Shown here in pieces: positions 12,401 to 23,800 of a stretch of 64,000 bases of DNA (positions are counted from its first letter, which is position 1; every line of letters begins with the position of its first letter). Position numbers and translations under genes: made by a program. The DNA is from Rebecca billardiae RCC1528 (lineage: Eukaryota > Protista > Haptophyta): contig OZ251226.1 of assembly GCA_965240325.2 (NCBI GenBank), positions 2,728,001 through 2,792,000 on the forward strand, written 5' to 3'. The notes beneath the pieces are model-generated. The model was not told the origin of the DNA. It saw only the letters and a list, made by a program, of their open reading frames with translations, and made no database searches.

Positions 12401-13868
12401 GCCGCCGCCCGCCTCGCCGCCGCCCAGCCCGCAGCCGCCGCCGCCGCCCAGCTCGCCGCCGCCGAGCGCGCCGCCGCCTCCTCCACCCGCTCAGCCGCCG
12501 AGCCCGCCGCCGAGCCCGCCGCCCGGCCTCCCGCCCAGCCCTCCGCCGAGCCCGCCGCCGAGCTCGCCGCCCAGCCCGCCGCCTTCACCGCCGCCCAGCC
12601 CGCCGCCGGGCGCGCCGCCCACGCCGCCGCCCTCGCCGCCGCCGGGCGCGCCGCCCTCGCCGCCGCCCGTGCCGCCGCCGAGCCCGCCGCCGAGCCCGCC
12701 GCCGCCGCCGCCGCCCAGCCCACCGCCGAGCCCGCCCCCGTCGCCACCGCCCAGCCCACCGCCCAGCCCACCGCCCGGCTCGCCACCGCGCCCTCCTCCC
12801 ACGCCGCCACCGCGCCCTCCGCCCTCGCCTCCGCCCTCGCCTCCGCCGGGCGCGCCGCCCTCGCCGCCGCCCACGCCTCCGCCCAGCCCTCCGCCCAGCC
12901 CTCCGCCCGCCCCGCCGCCTCGGCCGCCGCCGCGGCCGCCGCCCAGCCCGCCACCGCTGCCGCCGCCGTCCCCGCCGCCGCAGCCGCCGCACCCACCGCC
13001 GAGCCCGCCACCCACCCCGCCACTCGCACCGCCGCCTCCGCCGTACCTGAGTCGGCTGCCGCACCCGCCGCCGCCCGCGCCGCCGCCGCCGCCGCCGCCG
13101 AGCACGCCGCCGGCGATGCCGCCGGCGCGTCCCCCCGCGCCGCCGCCGCCGCCGCCACCCTCGCCGCCGCCGCCTGCGCCGCTGCCGCCATTCCTGCCGC
13201 CGGCGGGCCCGCCCCACCCGCCGCCGCTGCCGCCCACGCCGCCGCCGGCGCCGCCGCCCGCGCGGCCGCCGCCGCCGTCGCCGCCGCCCGGGCCGCCGCT
13301 GCCTCCTCCCGCGCCGCCGCCGGCACCGCCGCCGCCGCCGTTCCCGCCCGCGGAGCACGAGTGCCACCCGACGCAGTGCCGCACGTGCACGGCGTGCTGC
13401 AAGGCGTACATCGAGCACTGGCACGAGTGCAAGGCGTGCCGCCGGCTGAGCTGCTCGCTCACGCCCAACGGCGACACGAGCGGCACGCGCGTGCTCGTGC
13501 GCTGGGCGGGCTCTGGCTGCCACATCAGCACGCCGGTCTACCTCTCCCTGCAGGACTACGAGCGGAACACGGGCTGGATGCTGCTGGCGCGCTCGGTGCG
13601 CGGCGTGATGACCGTGCAGGACCTCACCGTCGACCACCAGCTGTACGAGCCCTCGCCCCTCGGCGAGCTGATCGCGCTGCAGCTGCGCGCGGACGGCAGC
13701 CAGCAGGAGTGCGCGCTCAGGCAGGTGCAGGTGCTGCACGGGGGGCGCATCTACGAGTCGATGTCGGGCGGGCAACTGTTCGGCGTGGATGACCCGGTGA
13801 TCTTTGTGCTGCTCATGCCGCCGCTGCCGCCCGCGCTCGAGCCGCCGCCCGCGGCGCCGAGCTCGCCG

Positions 13869-13900
<32 letters not shown>

Positions 13901-14891
13901 CTCGCCGCCACCCTCGCCGCCGCGCCCGCCCGCCCCACCCTACCCGCCGCACCAGTGTCGGCCCGAGGCGTGCGGCACGTGCAGCCAGTGCTGCTCGGCG
14001 TTCACCGAGTCGTGGCGCACGTGCGAGGGGTGCAAGCACGTCGAGTGCACCCTCACGCCCGCGGGCAGCATGGAAGGCACGCGCGTGCGCATCGACTGGC
14101 AGGGCCGGTGCCAGATGGCGGCGCGCGTCGACGCGGCACTGCAGGGCGACAGCGCCAACACCGGCTGGGTGCTGCTCTCCCGCCATCCGATCGGCACGAT
14201 GAGCGTGGCCGACCTGACGCACGACCCGGAGATCGAGGCGGTGGGCGAGGAGATGGGCGGGCTGATCGCGCTGCAGCTGCGCACGCGCCATGCCAACTCG
14301 GAGTGCACTCTCGCCCGCGCGAGCGCGCTGCACGGCGGGCAGCTGTACGCCTCGATGCCGGGCGACGAGCCGAGGCTGGGCGCCACGGACCCCCTGGTCT
14401 CGCTGCTGCTGCTGCCCGCCGACGGGGCCGAGGCGGACGAGCTGGGGGCGATGTTCCTCGCAGACGCTGCCGGCGGGCTGCGCAGCCGCGCCGCACCGCG
14501 CGGCGCGGACGGCGGTGCTCAGGGCGGCCGCGCGGGCTCGCGGCCTCGGCCTGGAGGTGGCGAGGGCGGCGACGACGCAAGCGCCGCGCTGCCAGCACCA
14601 CTGGTGCTCGCAGCCGCGCTGACGCTGCCACTGCTCGCCGCGCTCGGCGCCCTCGCACGCACGGCCCTGCGCGTGCGCCGTGCCACACGCTCCCGCCGCG
14701 CTGCCGCTGCGTCTGACGAGTCCCCGGTGCTCGCAGCAGCGGCGTCGGCGGCAGCCAACTACACAGCGGTGGCCGCGCGCTGCGGAAGCCGCAGGCTCGT
14801 GGCTGCCAGATCACGCCTGGCTGACGACGCTGCCGGCGAGGACCGGGCGGATGCAGCAAGCGTCAGCGCAGAGGCTCACCGGATGTTCTAA
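9403..14891 (+). CDS. Cell-surface protein: RCC1/BLIP-II repeats, Ser-Pro extensin-like stalks, SEA-like domain, 2x (Cys-rich + PLAT/LH2-like), C-terminal transmembrane helix; introns ~9933-10052 and ~10789-10895
   Basis: Repeated CWGxNxxGQLGLGD motifs; long SPPP tracts; duplicated CxPxxCxTCxxCCxA module; hydrophobic LPAPLVLAAALTLPLLAALGAL. Confidence 0.8.
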
Positions 14892-15202
14892 TCTGACCGC
14901 TGGACGGAGCTGAGCAGCATATGATGTATGATGGGCGCTGCTACTGTCGCCGCGAAGCTACTGTCGGTCGTAAGCTACTCTGCTGCATCAGGCATATATC
15001 ATAGCTAGACTGCTAGTGAGTAGTGTACTCAGCTGCATGGTCCGCTTGGTCGGCGTGGTTAACTTCGGCTCGTCTGTCGTCTGGAGGCAAACGGTCAGTC
15101 GCCGTCACGACCCGGCCGGGGGGCCCGAATTAGGCCGAATAGACGGGCGTACTTAAATAAAGGAGCTGGCCGGGGGTGGACCGGAGCCGGAGCCATCTAC
15201 TA

Positions 15203-15204
<2 letters not shown>

Positions 15205-15274
<70 letters not shown>
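15205..15274. repeat. (AT)n microsatellite
   Basis: Direct reading. Confidence 0.95.
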
Positions 15275-15277
<3 letters not shown>

Positions 15278-15954
15278 TAGCCACTCCGCCATGCCCGGCT
15301 CGTACAAGGCGTCGGGTACGAATGGACTCTGGAGCTGGATGGTCGCGGCGCGCGGCGTCGTGGAGTAGACAGACCACAATGATCAATCATGGAACGATCA
15401 GGTTAGCTATGTTGGGATTTGAGCAACGAACGACAGCGGGCGCTGGCAGCGGCGTGGCGGTTGAGCTGCTGCCCGAGGTCGAGAGGGCGCAACGATGAAG
15501 CGTGCGGGTTGACGCGACAGCGGCGAGAGCAAGAGACCATTGCATGAGGGGCGACGCGGCGAAGACAGATGATGACGTCGCGCCGCCGAACGATCAGGCG
15601 GGGAGCCGGGCCACACAGACAGCCAGCGACCTTACCGAGCAGAGGGGCTGCGGCGACTGCGGTGCACCTCCTGCAGCGGAGCGTGCACCCGGCAGTGCCC
15701 GATGCAGGCGATTCCCTTGCCCAGCTCGGCGCCTTCGTCGTGAGCAGCCCCATGGCGCCCCCGAGAGTGAAGCCTGATCGATCCGATGTGAGCGGTAACC
15801 AACCGAGTCCTGCAGGTGCGCCGCTGTGGGCCAGATTGGCAGCGGCACCAGGACTCCTGCGCGCGGCGGTGCGCACAGGACAACGCAGGAATGCCGTGCG
15901 AGCCGGATTCTTGGCGTCGCTCATAGACACTCAGTTATAGGTTCCCTATAACGC

Positions 15955-15957
<3 letters not shown>

Positions 15958-16016
<59 letters not shown>
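15958..16016. repeat. (AT)n microsatellite
   Basis: Direct reading. Confidence 0.95.
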
Positions 16017-16017
<1 letters not shown>

Positions 16018-16075
16018 GCGCGATTGTTATTTCGCGGACGACGTCGACGCGGGACAGCAGGCGATGCCCTGGCAC

Positions 16076-17113
16076 TCACGTGGTGCATTGCCACGCGATG
16101 TTCTTGGCGTCCTTGCTGCGCATCGCGCCGAGCCGGTCCATGTGCTGCGGCGTGAGGTCCCAGCCGAAGAGCGCGAGGTTCTCGCGCTGGTGTGCCTCGT
16201 TGGCCGAGCGCACAGTGACGGCGATGCCTCGTTGCAGCAGCCACTTGAGCGCGACCTGCGCCGCCGACTTGCCCAGCTCCGCGCCGACGGCCGCCTCGGC
16301 CGCCTGCACCGCCCCGTCCCAGCTGCCCTTGGACATGATCGGGCTGTAGGACTGCAGCGCGATGCCGTGTGCGCGGTGGAAGGAGACGAGCCCGCCGGGG
16401 TCGTCGCCGCGGCCGACGCGCAGCTTCATCTGGTTGAGCGCGGGCTGGATGCGCGGCCCGCCATCGCCCGCCAGGCACTCGAGGCACGACAGGCAGAAGT
16501 TGCTCACGCCGATCGCGCGCGCCCTCCCGCCGAGGTGCGCGTCCTCGAGCGCTCGCCACTGCGCGCGCAGCTTGGTGCACAGCTTGGGGCGCTGCGCCTT
16601 CTTCTTGTCCCACCCGTCGGGCGCGCTGTGCAGCATGAGGAGATCCACGCGATGCATGCCTAGTGCGGCGAGGCTCTTGCGCACGTCCTCAGCCGTGCCG
16701 GCCGCGCACGCGTCCGCGCTGTCCTTGGGCGCGCAGCCCGGCACCTTGAGCGCCACAAAGACGTCGGCGCGCGGCGGCGCACCCGTGCCGTTGAGCGCGG
16801 CGCCGACGAGGGCGAGGTTGTTGTACTTAGTCGCCGTGTCGAAGGCGCGGTACCCGGCGCGCAGCGCGGACGCGACGACCTCGCCCGTCCGATCGCCCAG
16901 CGGCGGGCTGCCCCCCGTGCCGAACGACACGGCGGGCATGCGGAGAGGCCCGCTCGGCGTGCGCAGCTCGAGGCCGGCCGGGCCCAGCGGCGCAGCCGGC
17001 GGCGGCGTGGGGCGGTCGCTCCCACCGTCAGGGCTCAGCGTGGCCTTCAACGAGCGAGCGGCTGCCGCGCGGTCCCAGAGCGCGAGGAGCACGAGCACGC
17101 GTGGGCCCAGCAT
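16076..17113 (-). CDS. Aldo/keto reductase with N-terminal signal peptide
   Basis: MPAVSFGT, GYRAFDTATKY, VDLLMLH, RAIGVSNF, QSYSP and SAAQVALKWLLQRG motifs; hydrophobic N-terminus. Confidence 0.9.
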   Translation of the reverse strand: MLGPRVLVLLALWDRAAAARSLKATLSPDGGSDRPTPPPAAPLGPAGLELRTPSGPLRMPAVSFGTGGSPPLGDRTGEVVASALRAGYRAFDTATKYNNLALVGAALNGTGAPPRADVFVALKVPGCAPKDSADACAAGTAEDVRKSLAALGMHRVDLLMLHSAPDGWDKKKAQRPKLCTKLRAQWRALEDAHLGGRARAIGVSNFCLSCLECLAGDGGPRIQPALNQMKLRVGRGDDPGGLVSFHRAHGIALQSYSPIMSKGSWDGAVQAAEAAVGAELGKSAAQVALKWLLQRGIAVTVRSANEAHQRENLALFGWDLTPQHMDRLGAMRSKDAKNIAWQCTT

Positions 17114-17221
17114 GTTGTTGAGTACGGGAAGTGCACGTGCGTTGCTCGGCGAAGCGCCACTGAAGAATGATGAATACCGTCCTGCCTTACCTTGAAGTCA
17201 TGTCGTAACTCGTGAGCGGTC

Positions 17222-18682
17222 ATGCTTCACACCCGCGTGTTGTTATTCCTCCAACTTTACGCGCAGGGCCTCGCGCTCCACGCGCGCGTCGGGCCGCTGC
17301 AGTGCAGTGCAGAACGCACCTCTTCGAGCTCGCCCGACCCGTCGCTCCTCGCCCTTGACCCCTTCGGGGAGCCCAACGGCTACCTAGCCGACGACTTCCG
17401 TGGGCTCAACATCTCCGCCACACTCGCGTACGTTCACGCGGAGCGCAGGGCGCGTCTATGCTCGCGCAAGGTGGCCCCGCTCCTGCCGACAGCGGCAAAG
17501 CTCTTTCGTGCCGGCGCTGAGATCCACGGCCTCGGCGTCAACCTGCTGCCGTGTCTCGAGCACCCGGCATGCGCCGTTCTCGTCCGCAACGCAAGCACGG
17601 CCGAGATGCAGGCCGTGCTCAGCGCCTACTTCCCCAGCTTCGAGCGGCCGCCAGCCGTGCCGACGGGTGTCAGGACCCACTTCGTGAATTTCTTCGACTC
17701 GGCCCGTGCAAGCCACGTGCTCACGCGCACGCACGCGCAACTGGACCTCCCGGCATGGCACGCGCCGCCGCCCGACGTGCTCGAGCGCAGGCTGGGCGGC
17801 GACGCGGCGGCGCGTGCGCTGTACACCGACCTGGCGCGCGACGGGTTCGCAAAGATCGAGCGCTTCGAGGGCCTGGACGTCGATGCGCTCGCCTCGCTCG
17901 TCCGGCCGGCGCTCGACAGCGCCAGTGCGGTCTCGACGAACACGGCCTACGTGGTCACCCCGGTGCCAGGGGCGCGCGCGCTGCTGGCGCCCGCGCTCGA
18001 GAGGCCGGGCATCGCGCGCGCCGTCTCCGCGTACCTCGAGCCGCTGGGGCTCGAGCTGGTGCGGCCTGCGGACCTGGAGTTTGCGGCCCGGCGCGTGCAC
18101 CCCGTCGCCGTCAAGCCCGACCTCTCGCCGGCGTCGGTCTGGCACCACGACATGTCGGGCACGCTGCTCCGGCTCTTTGTGCTGCTGCACGACGTGCCGC
18201 CCGCGCCTCGGGGGCGCACGCTCGACGTGGCGCGCCGGAGCCACCGCCACGTGTACTTCAGCAGCCTCTCCGCGTACGACACGCGGTACAGCGACGCGTG
18301 GGTGCGCGAGCACTTCGACGTGGTGCAGCTGACCGGCAAGCGCGGCGGCGGCTGGCTGCTCGACGCAAACTCCATCCACCGGCTGGGCGTGACGCCAGCG
18401 GCTCGAGAGTATTTGCAGCTCACGGTGCGCGCGCCGCACAAGTGCGCGCGGTGGAAGGTCGCGACGGGCGGCAAGAAGAGCTTCATGAGCCGCTGCAACG
18501 CGACGGTGGACGGCCAGTGGCACCCGCTAAGGACGCAAGAAGACCGGCCGCACCGAAAGGCCGCCTCTCGATCGTTGAACGCCATAATCAACCCGATCCG
18601 GGCTGACGGCGCTGTCGGAGCGACGGCCCCGGGCCCGCGCCGCCGCCGGCTGCGCCGCTGGACCCGGCCACCCTTGAGCTGA
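17222..18682 (+). CDS. Secreted PhyH-like Fe(II)/2-oxoglutarate dioxygenase-fold protein
   Basis: Signal-like N-terminus; RDGFAKIE; WHHD...LFVLLHDV...SH...LLDANSIHR gives an HxD...H triad. Confidence 0.7.
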   Translation: MLHTRVLLFLQLYAQGLALHARVGPLQCSAERTSSSSPDPSLLALDPFGEPNGYLADDFRGLNISATLAYVHAERRARLCSRKVAPLLPTAAKLFRAGAEIHGLGVNLLPCLEHPACAVLVRNASTAEMQAVLSAYFPSFERPPAVPTGVRTHFVNFFDSARASHVLTRTHAQLDLPAWHAPPPDVLERRLGGDAAARALYTDLARDGFAKIERFEGLDVDALASLVRPALDSASAVSTNTAYVVTPVPGARALLAPALERPGIARAVSAYLEPLGLELVRPADLEFAARRVHPVAVKPDLSPASVWHHDMSGTLLRLFVLLHDVPPAPRGRTLDVARRSHRHVYFSSLSAYDTRYSDAWVREHFDVVQLTGKRGGGWLLDANSIHRLGVTPAAREYLQLTVRAPHKCARWKVATGGKKSFMSRCNATVDGQWHPLRTQEDRPHRKAASRSLNAIINPIRADGAVGATAPGPRRRRLRRWTRPPLS

Positions 18683-18755
18683 GCACGACAAGCAGTGGAG
18701 CAGGTGGCGCTGCTCTGCATGCCCGCCGTGTCGTTCGGCACAGGGGGCCAGCCCG
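18558..18755 (+). pseudogene. Degenerate inverted copy of the 5' part of the neighbouring aldo/keto reductase gene
   Basis: cgccgccgccggctgcgccgctgg and gcatgcccgccgtgtcgttcggcac (MPAVSFGTGG) match the reverse complement of ~16903-17068. Confidence 0.8.
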
Positions 18756-18861
18756 ACGCTACCTCGTCGATCGAGGACGAGTGGCTGCGCATGCTTGATA
18801 GTAGCATCATCATCAGCTAGTTCTGAGACTGAGACTGATATGACGATTGAGGCAAGATTTC

Positions 18862-19007
<146 letters not shown>

Positions 19008-19393
19008 AAATATTAAAGAGTCTACTACTCTAACTAAGCTAGATGCCGAACGGCTCACATCTTCAGCGCGCTGCTTGGCACTCTGCTTGGCACTCTGCCT
19101 GATGATGATGAGTCTGCCTCGGCCTCGCGCAGGCTCGCTCAGCACGGCGTAGAGTGAGATCCTGAGTCACTCAGGGCCGCACTCGCAGGCCGCACGGCGC
19201 ACCGCGTGCGGCGTGGGCGGCCGCGGGGCAGTCAGATTGGCTCATGCAGTTACCAGTTATATACTCAGTAGTCAGTCATGGGCGTCTCAGTACGACGTTG
19301 ATATGTCACTGTATAAGCCCAAGGCTCTGCTCGTCGTGCACGGCCCAGTGGCCGGTGCTTAGCACAGTGTTCGCTCAATAATCGCAGTGTCAA

Positions 19394-20819
19394 TCAAGGC
19401 TGTGCCCAGATGGGCGCAAGCAAGTCTGCGAGGGTGAGCACGCCCAGCAGCTTCGTGCCCGCCTCGTTCACCACGGGCGCGTACCTGCGGACAGCGCGGC
19501 GCGGGCGCGGCACGGCGCGCATTGGTACACCGCAAGCGTGGCCTCCCCACCCCGCGCCAGGGACGCCCGCGCGCTGGCGTGTGACCTGTCTTGTGCGCGC
19601 AGCGGCGCGCGCGCGCACGCCAGCCGCATGGCGCGCGCGTGCGCGCACACACCTGATGTTGAACTCCAGCATCTTGTCGAGGCAATCGGTGGCGCTCGAG
19701 CCAGCCTTCGCGACGAACATCTCGTCCGGCGGCGTGAGGATCGTCGTGATCGGCTCGTTCATCGAGTGCGCGCCGCGCGCCGTGCGCTCGCCCACCGCGG
19801 CCCCGTAGCGCACGTAGTCGCGCTCCATCGCAATGCCGCGGATGCGGTCGTCGGCCGAGCGATCGACGACGACGACAAAGTTGGTCTTGTTCTGCGCCAT
19901 CTGGAGCACGGCGTCGCTGATCATCGCGCCGTGGTCGAGCGTGAACCGCTCGAGCGGGCCCACCTCTGCGTCCGCCGGGAAGCCCGCGGGCCGCACGCTC
20001 GAGTGCAGCACCGTCTCGACCGTCTCCGCAGCCCACAGCTCGCGCAGCGGCGCCCATAGCTCGCCCTCGGGCCGGAGCAGGTCGCGCACGGTGAGGATGC
20101 CGCGGAGGGTCATGTCGTCGGGCGAGACGATGGGCAGGTGACGGTACAGCTGCGCCGCGCGCCGCCCGGGCGGGACGCGCCGCGGGGCAGTCGGGGCGGT
20201 GCGGGCGGTTGAGGCTGTGCGCGCGGCGCACAGGGCGAGCGCGCAGGCAACGCGCAGGCGCGCGCGCGCGCCGCCGCACCGTCTTGCTGAGCAGGCCGAC
20301 GCAGTCGCCGACGGTGTGGTACGGCGTGACGGAGATGACGCGATCCATCGGCGTCATCATGTGGTACACCGGGTCCTTGAGCGACCAGCCCGCCAGGAAG
20401 GCCGAGCGCTCGTCCCCCGCGCCCTTGATCTTCTCAGCGCCGTAAGTGATGTACTTGTGCTCGGTGGCAACGCCGAGCACGTGGTTGCCCGCGGAGATGC
20501 TCGGGCGCACGACGACGAGAAAGCTCAGCCTCTGGTCCACCATCTGCTGGCACGCGTCGATGATGGTCGCCTGGTGGTCGATCGCGTACTTCTTGTCCTC
20601 GCGGCCGCGGAAGCTCGGCATGCGCGAGCACTCGCCGGCCTTGCCCGTCACGTGCAGCACGTTGGCGAGCGGCGTGTAGCTCCACGAGTCGTCGCACGCG
20701 AATGCACTCGGGAGCTGCATCGACACGTCCTCGTACTTGCGCGCGAACGGCAGCGTCGAGAGCAGCCGCCGCCGCCCGCCGCGGCTGATGAGCATGGCTG
20801 AGCACGACGGCCGCATCAT
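19394..20819 (-). CDS. Tandem CBS-domain protein (two Bateman pairs), possibly mitochondrial; introns ~20150-20279 and ~19485-19653
   Basis: CBS-type segments ATIIDACQQM...LSFLVVV, TVGDCVGLL...RHLPIV...GILTVRDLL, GIAMERDY and LLGVLTLADLL. Arg-rich N-terminus (RRRLLST). Confidence 0.8.
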
Positions 20820-20897
20820 GCCGAGCGACCGACAGAATGATCGCGATGCGGGGGGGGGGGGTCGAGAGCGCGCGGACCCGCTCCGGCTGCCGTGACA

Positions 20898-23800
20898 ATG
20901 GCGGCCGCATTCGGCTCGATCGAGCCATGGAGCGCGACGCCGATCGTCTCGGGCGTGCCGCTGCGCCTCGAGTCGATCGCCGTGTGGGGCGCGCGCCTCA
21001 TCGTGGGTACCACCGACGGCACGCTCCTCGTGTACGGCCCGTCCGCCGCCAAGCCAGACGCGTACGAGGTGGTGGCGATGCACAAGCAGTTTGCGCGGCG
21101 CGCGATCAGCCAGCTCGAGGTGCACGCCGAGCTGGGCGTGGTGCTCTCGCTCTCGGACGGCGCGCTGAGCGTGCACGCGCTCGAGCCGCAGCTGCGCGCG
21201 CTGGGCACCGTGCCCGCGCCCAAGGGCTGCGGCTGCTTTGCGCTCACGCGCGAGGGCGACGGCGCCGAGGTGCTGCTGGCGGCCGCCTGCCGGCGGAAAG
21301 TGCACGTGTTTCGGTGGGAGACGCGCTCGTCGAGCTTCGTCGAGCTCGCCGAGTTCGTCCTCGCCGACGCGAGCGCGCCACCGCTCAAGTCCGCCGTCTC
21401 GCACCTCACCGACGCAGTCGGCAGCGCCGCGAGCGCGGCAGGCAGCGGCTCGATCGGCTCGAGTCTCTCCGCGCTCAAGGGCGCGGGCGGCGGCGGCGGC
21501 GGCGGCGAGGGCGCGGGCGGCGCGGGCGGCTCGGGCAGCGGCGGGGGCGCGACCCTCGCGACGATGCTCATCTGGCTCGCCGAACCGCGCGGCGCGCGCG
21601 AGCTCCTCGTCGGCACGCGCCGCGAGTATTGGCACTGGCGCCTGGGCGGGGCGGACGAGGCGGTGGGCGGCGCGGGCGCGGCCGGCGCTGCACCGGGCGG
21701 CGGCGCGGCTCGGAGCGCGGGGTCGCAGGGCGCGGCGCGCCTCCTGTTCCGCTTCGCCAAGCCCGCTCCGCCCGTCGGCGCGCGCATGGCCCCGGGCGAG
21801 GCGCTGCTCGTGCAGGAGCGCGACGGCACCTTCATCGGGCTGCGCGGAGAGTTCACGCGCCCGTCTGGGCTGTACCTGCGCACGCCGCCCGTTCTGCTGG
21901 CGTACACGCCGCCGTACGTGCTCACGGTCGTGCCGCCGGGCGGCGGCGGCGCCGCCGGGGCGGCGCCGGGCTCCGCCGCCGCGCCCGCCGCGCCGGGCGG
22001 CTCCGCGGCATTCTCTGTCGAGGTGCGGCTGCTGCACACGCACGCGCTCGTGGCGGCACTGCCGCTGCCGCAGCCCGCGGCGGCGGGCGGCGGCGGCGGC
22101 GGCGCGTCGCACATGTTGCTGTGGCCCGCCGCGCCGCCCGCGCCCTCTGCCGCCGCCGGCGGCGGCGGCGGCGGCGGCGGGGGCGCCTCCGCCGCGCCTC
22201 CGCACGCCGTGCTCGTCGCGACGCCGAGCGCGCTCCTGCTGCTCCGCCCGCTGCCGATGCGGACGCTCGTGCGCTCGCTCGCGCGCGCCGACCGCTTCGA
22301 GGCGGCCATGCTGCTGTGCGAGAGTGTGCACGGGCCCACGCCGCCCGCGGCGCGCGCGACGCGCGCGCGGATCGAGCGGCTGCGCGCGTACGCGCTGCTG
22401 CGCGCCGAGCGGTACGACGAGGCCGCCGTCGCGCTGCTCGACGCGCGCGCGCCTCCGCTCGAGGTTCTCTCGCTCTACCCGCGGCTGCTGCCCGCGCGCG
22501 TGCGCCCGTTGCGCGTGCGAGTCAGGCTGGGCGCGGCCGCGGCCGAGGGCGGCGGGGCGGAGGGCGGCGGGGCCGGCGCGGGCGCGGGCGCGGAGGCGGG
22601 CGGGAGCGGCCCAAGAAGGGACGCCATGCGCGCTGGCTCGTCTGGCACGGCGGTGCCGGCCGCCGCATCGACGGCGGAGACGGCGGCCGGCGCAGATTCA
22701 GCCGCAGACACGCACACGGCCGCGGCGGCGGCTGAGGCGGCGGCGGCTGAGGCGGCGGCGGCTGAGGCGGCGGCGGCTGAGGACGTGGAGGACAGCTTCG
22801 AGGTGGCGCCGATCAAGCCGAGCTCGACGCAGCAGACGGTGGCGTTGTACTCGGCGCTGCGCGCGTACCTCGAGGCGGCAAGGCGCTCGCCCGAGCTCCT
22901 GCCGCCACTGCCCACCGCTGCGGAGCCGAGCGCACGCGACAGCGGCGCCGCGGCCGCCGCCGGTGCCGCGCCCGCAGTGCCGGGCGGCGCTGAGGCGGAG
23001 CTGGCGCGGCGCTGCGTGGACACGGCGCTGTTCAAGGTGCTGCTCTCGATCGACCAGCCGGCAGTGCGCCCGCTGCTGCAGCAGGCACGCGCGCCGACGA
23101 GCGCCCGCCTGCCGCCAGCTGCGCCGCGCGCACCCGCGCGCGTGCTCACTCACACGGCCTGCCTGCCGCCCGCGGCGCGTGCGGTGCCCGCGCGCGCGCC
23201 CCGCGCCGCCGCGCGCGCACAGCCGACGACGCTCGACGTGGCGGAGGCGGAGGCGATCCTGCTGCGCTTCAGCAAGCACGCCGAGCTCGTCGCGCTCTAC
23301 CAGGCGCGCGGGCTGCACTCGCACGCGCTCGCGCTGCTCGCCGCCCTCGGCGGAGCGCCGGGCGCACCGACGGAGTTTGCGCCGAGCGCGGGCACCCCGG
23401 TCGCGGTCGACGCGGCGGCGGCGGCGGCCGAGCTGCGCGGCGTGGGCGCGACGGTGAGCTACCTCCGGACCCTCGGCCCCGCGCATCTGGACACGGTGCT
23501 GCAGTGGGCGCGCTGGCCCGTGCAGGCGGCGCCGGAAGACGCGCTGCGCATCTTTGCCGACGAGGGCGGCGGCGCGGCCGCGCCACGGCCGGCGCGCGCG
23601 CCGCTGCCCGCTGAGCCTGTCTTCGCCTTCCTCGCGCAGCACGGCTCGCGCGCCCTCGCGATGAGATTCCTCGAGCGCGCGCTGCGCCCGGCGGACGCGC
23701 AGCCGGCCGGCGGCGCCGACGCGCGCGGCGGCGCCCCGCGCGCGGGGAGCGGCGCCGACAGCGGCAGCCGGCACGACGGCAGCGGCTCGCGCGCCGCCGC

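Noticed and set aside
10907-13531. Gly-rich minus-strand ORFs
   Set aside because: Antisense shadows of the Pro-rich tracts.
8631-14891. 2086-aa ORF as one protein
   Set aside because: Its 5' part is antisense to the EF-hand gene and out of frame with the RCC1 exons. Only ~10896-14891 is the true frame.
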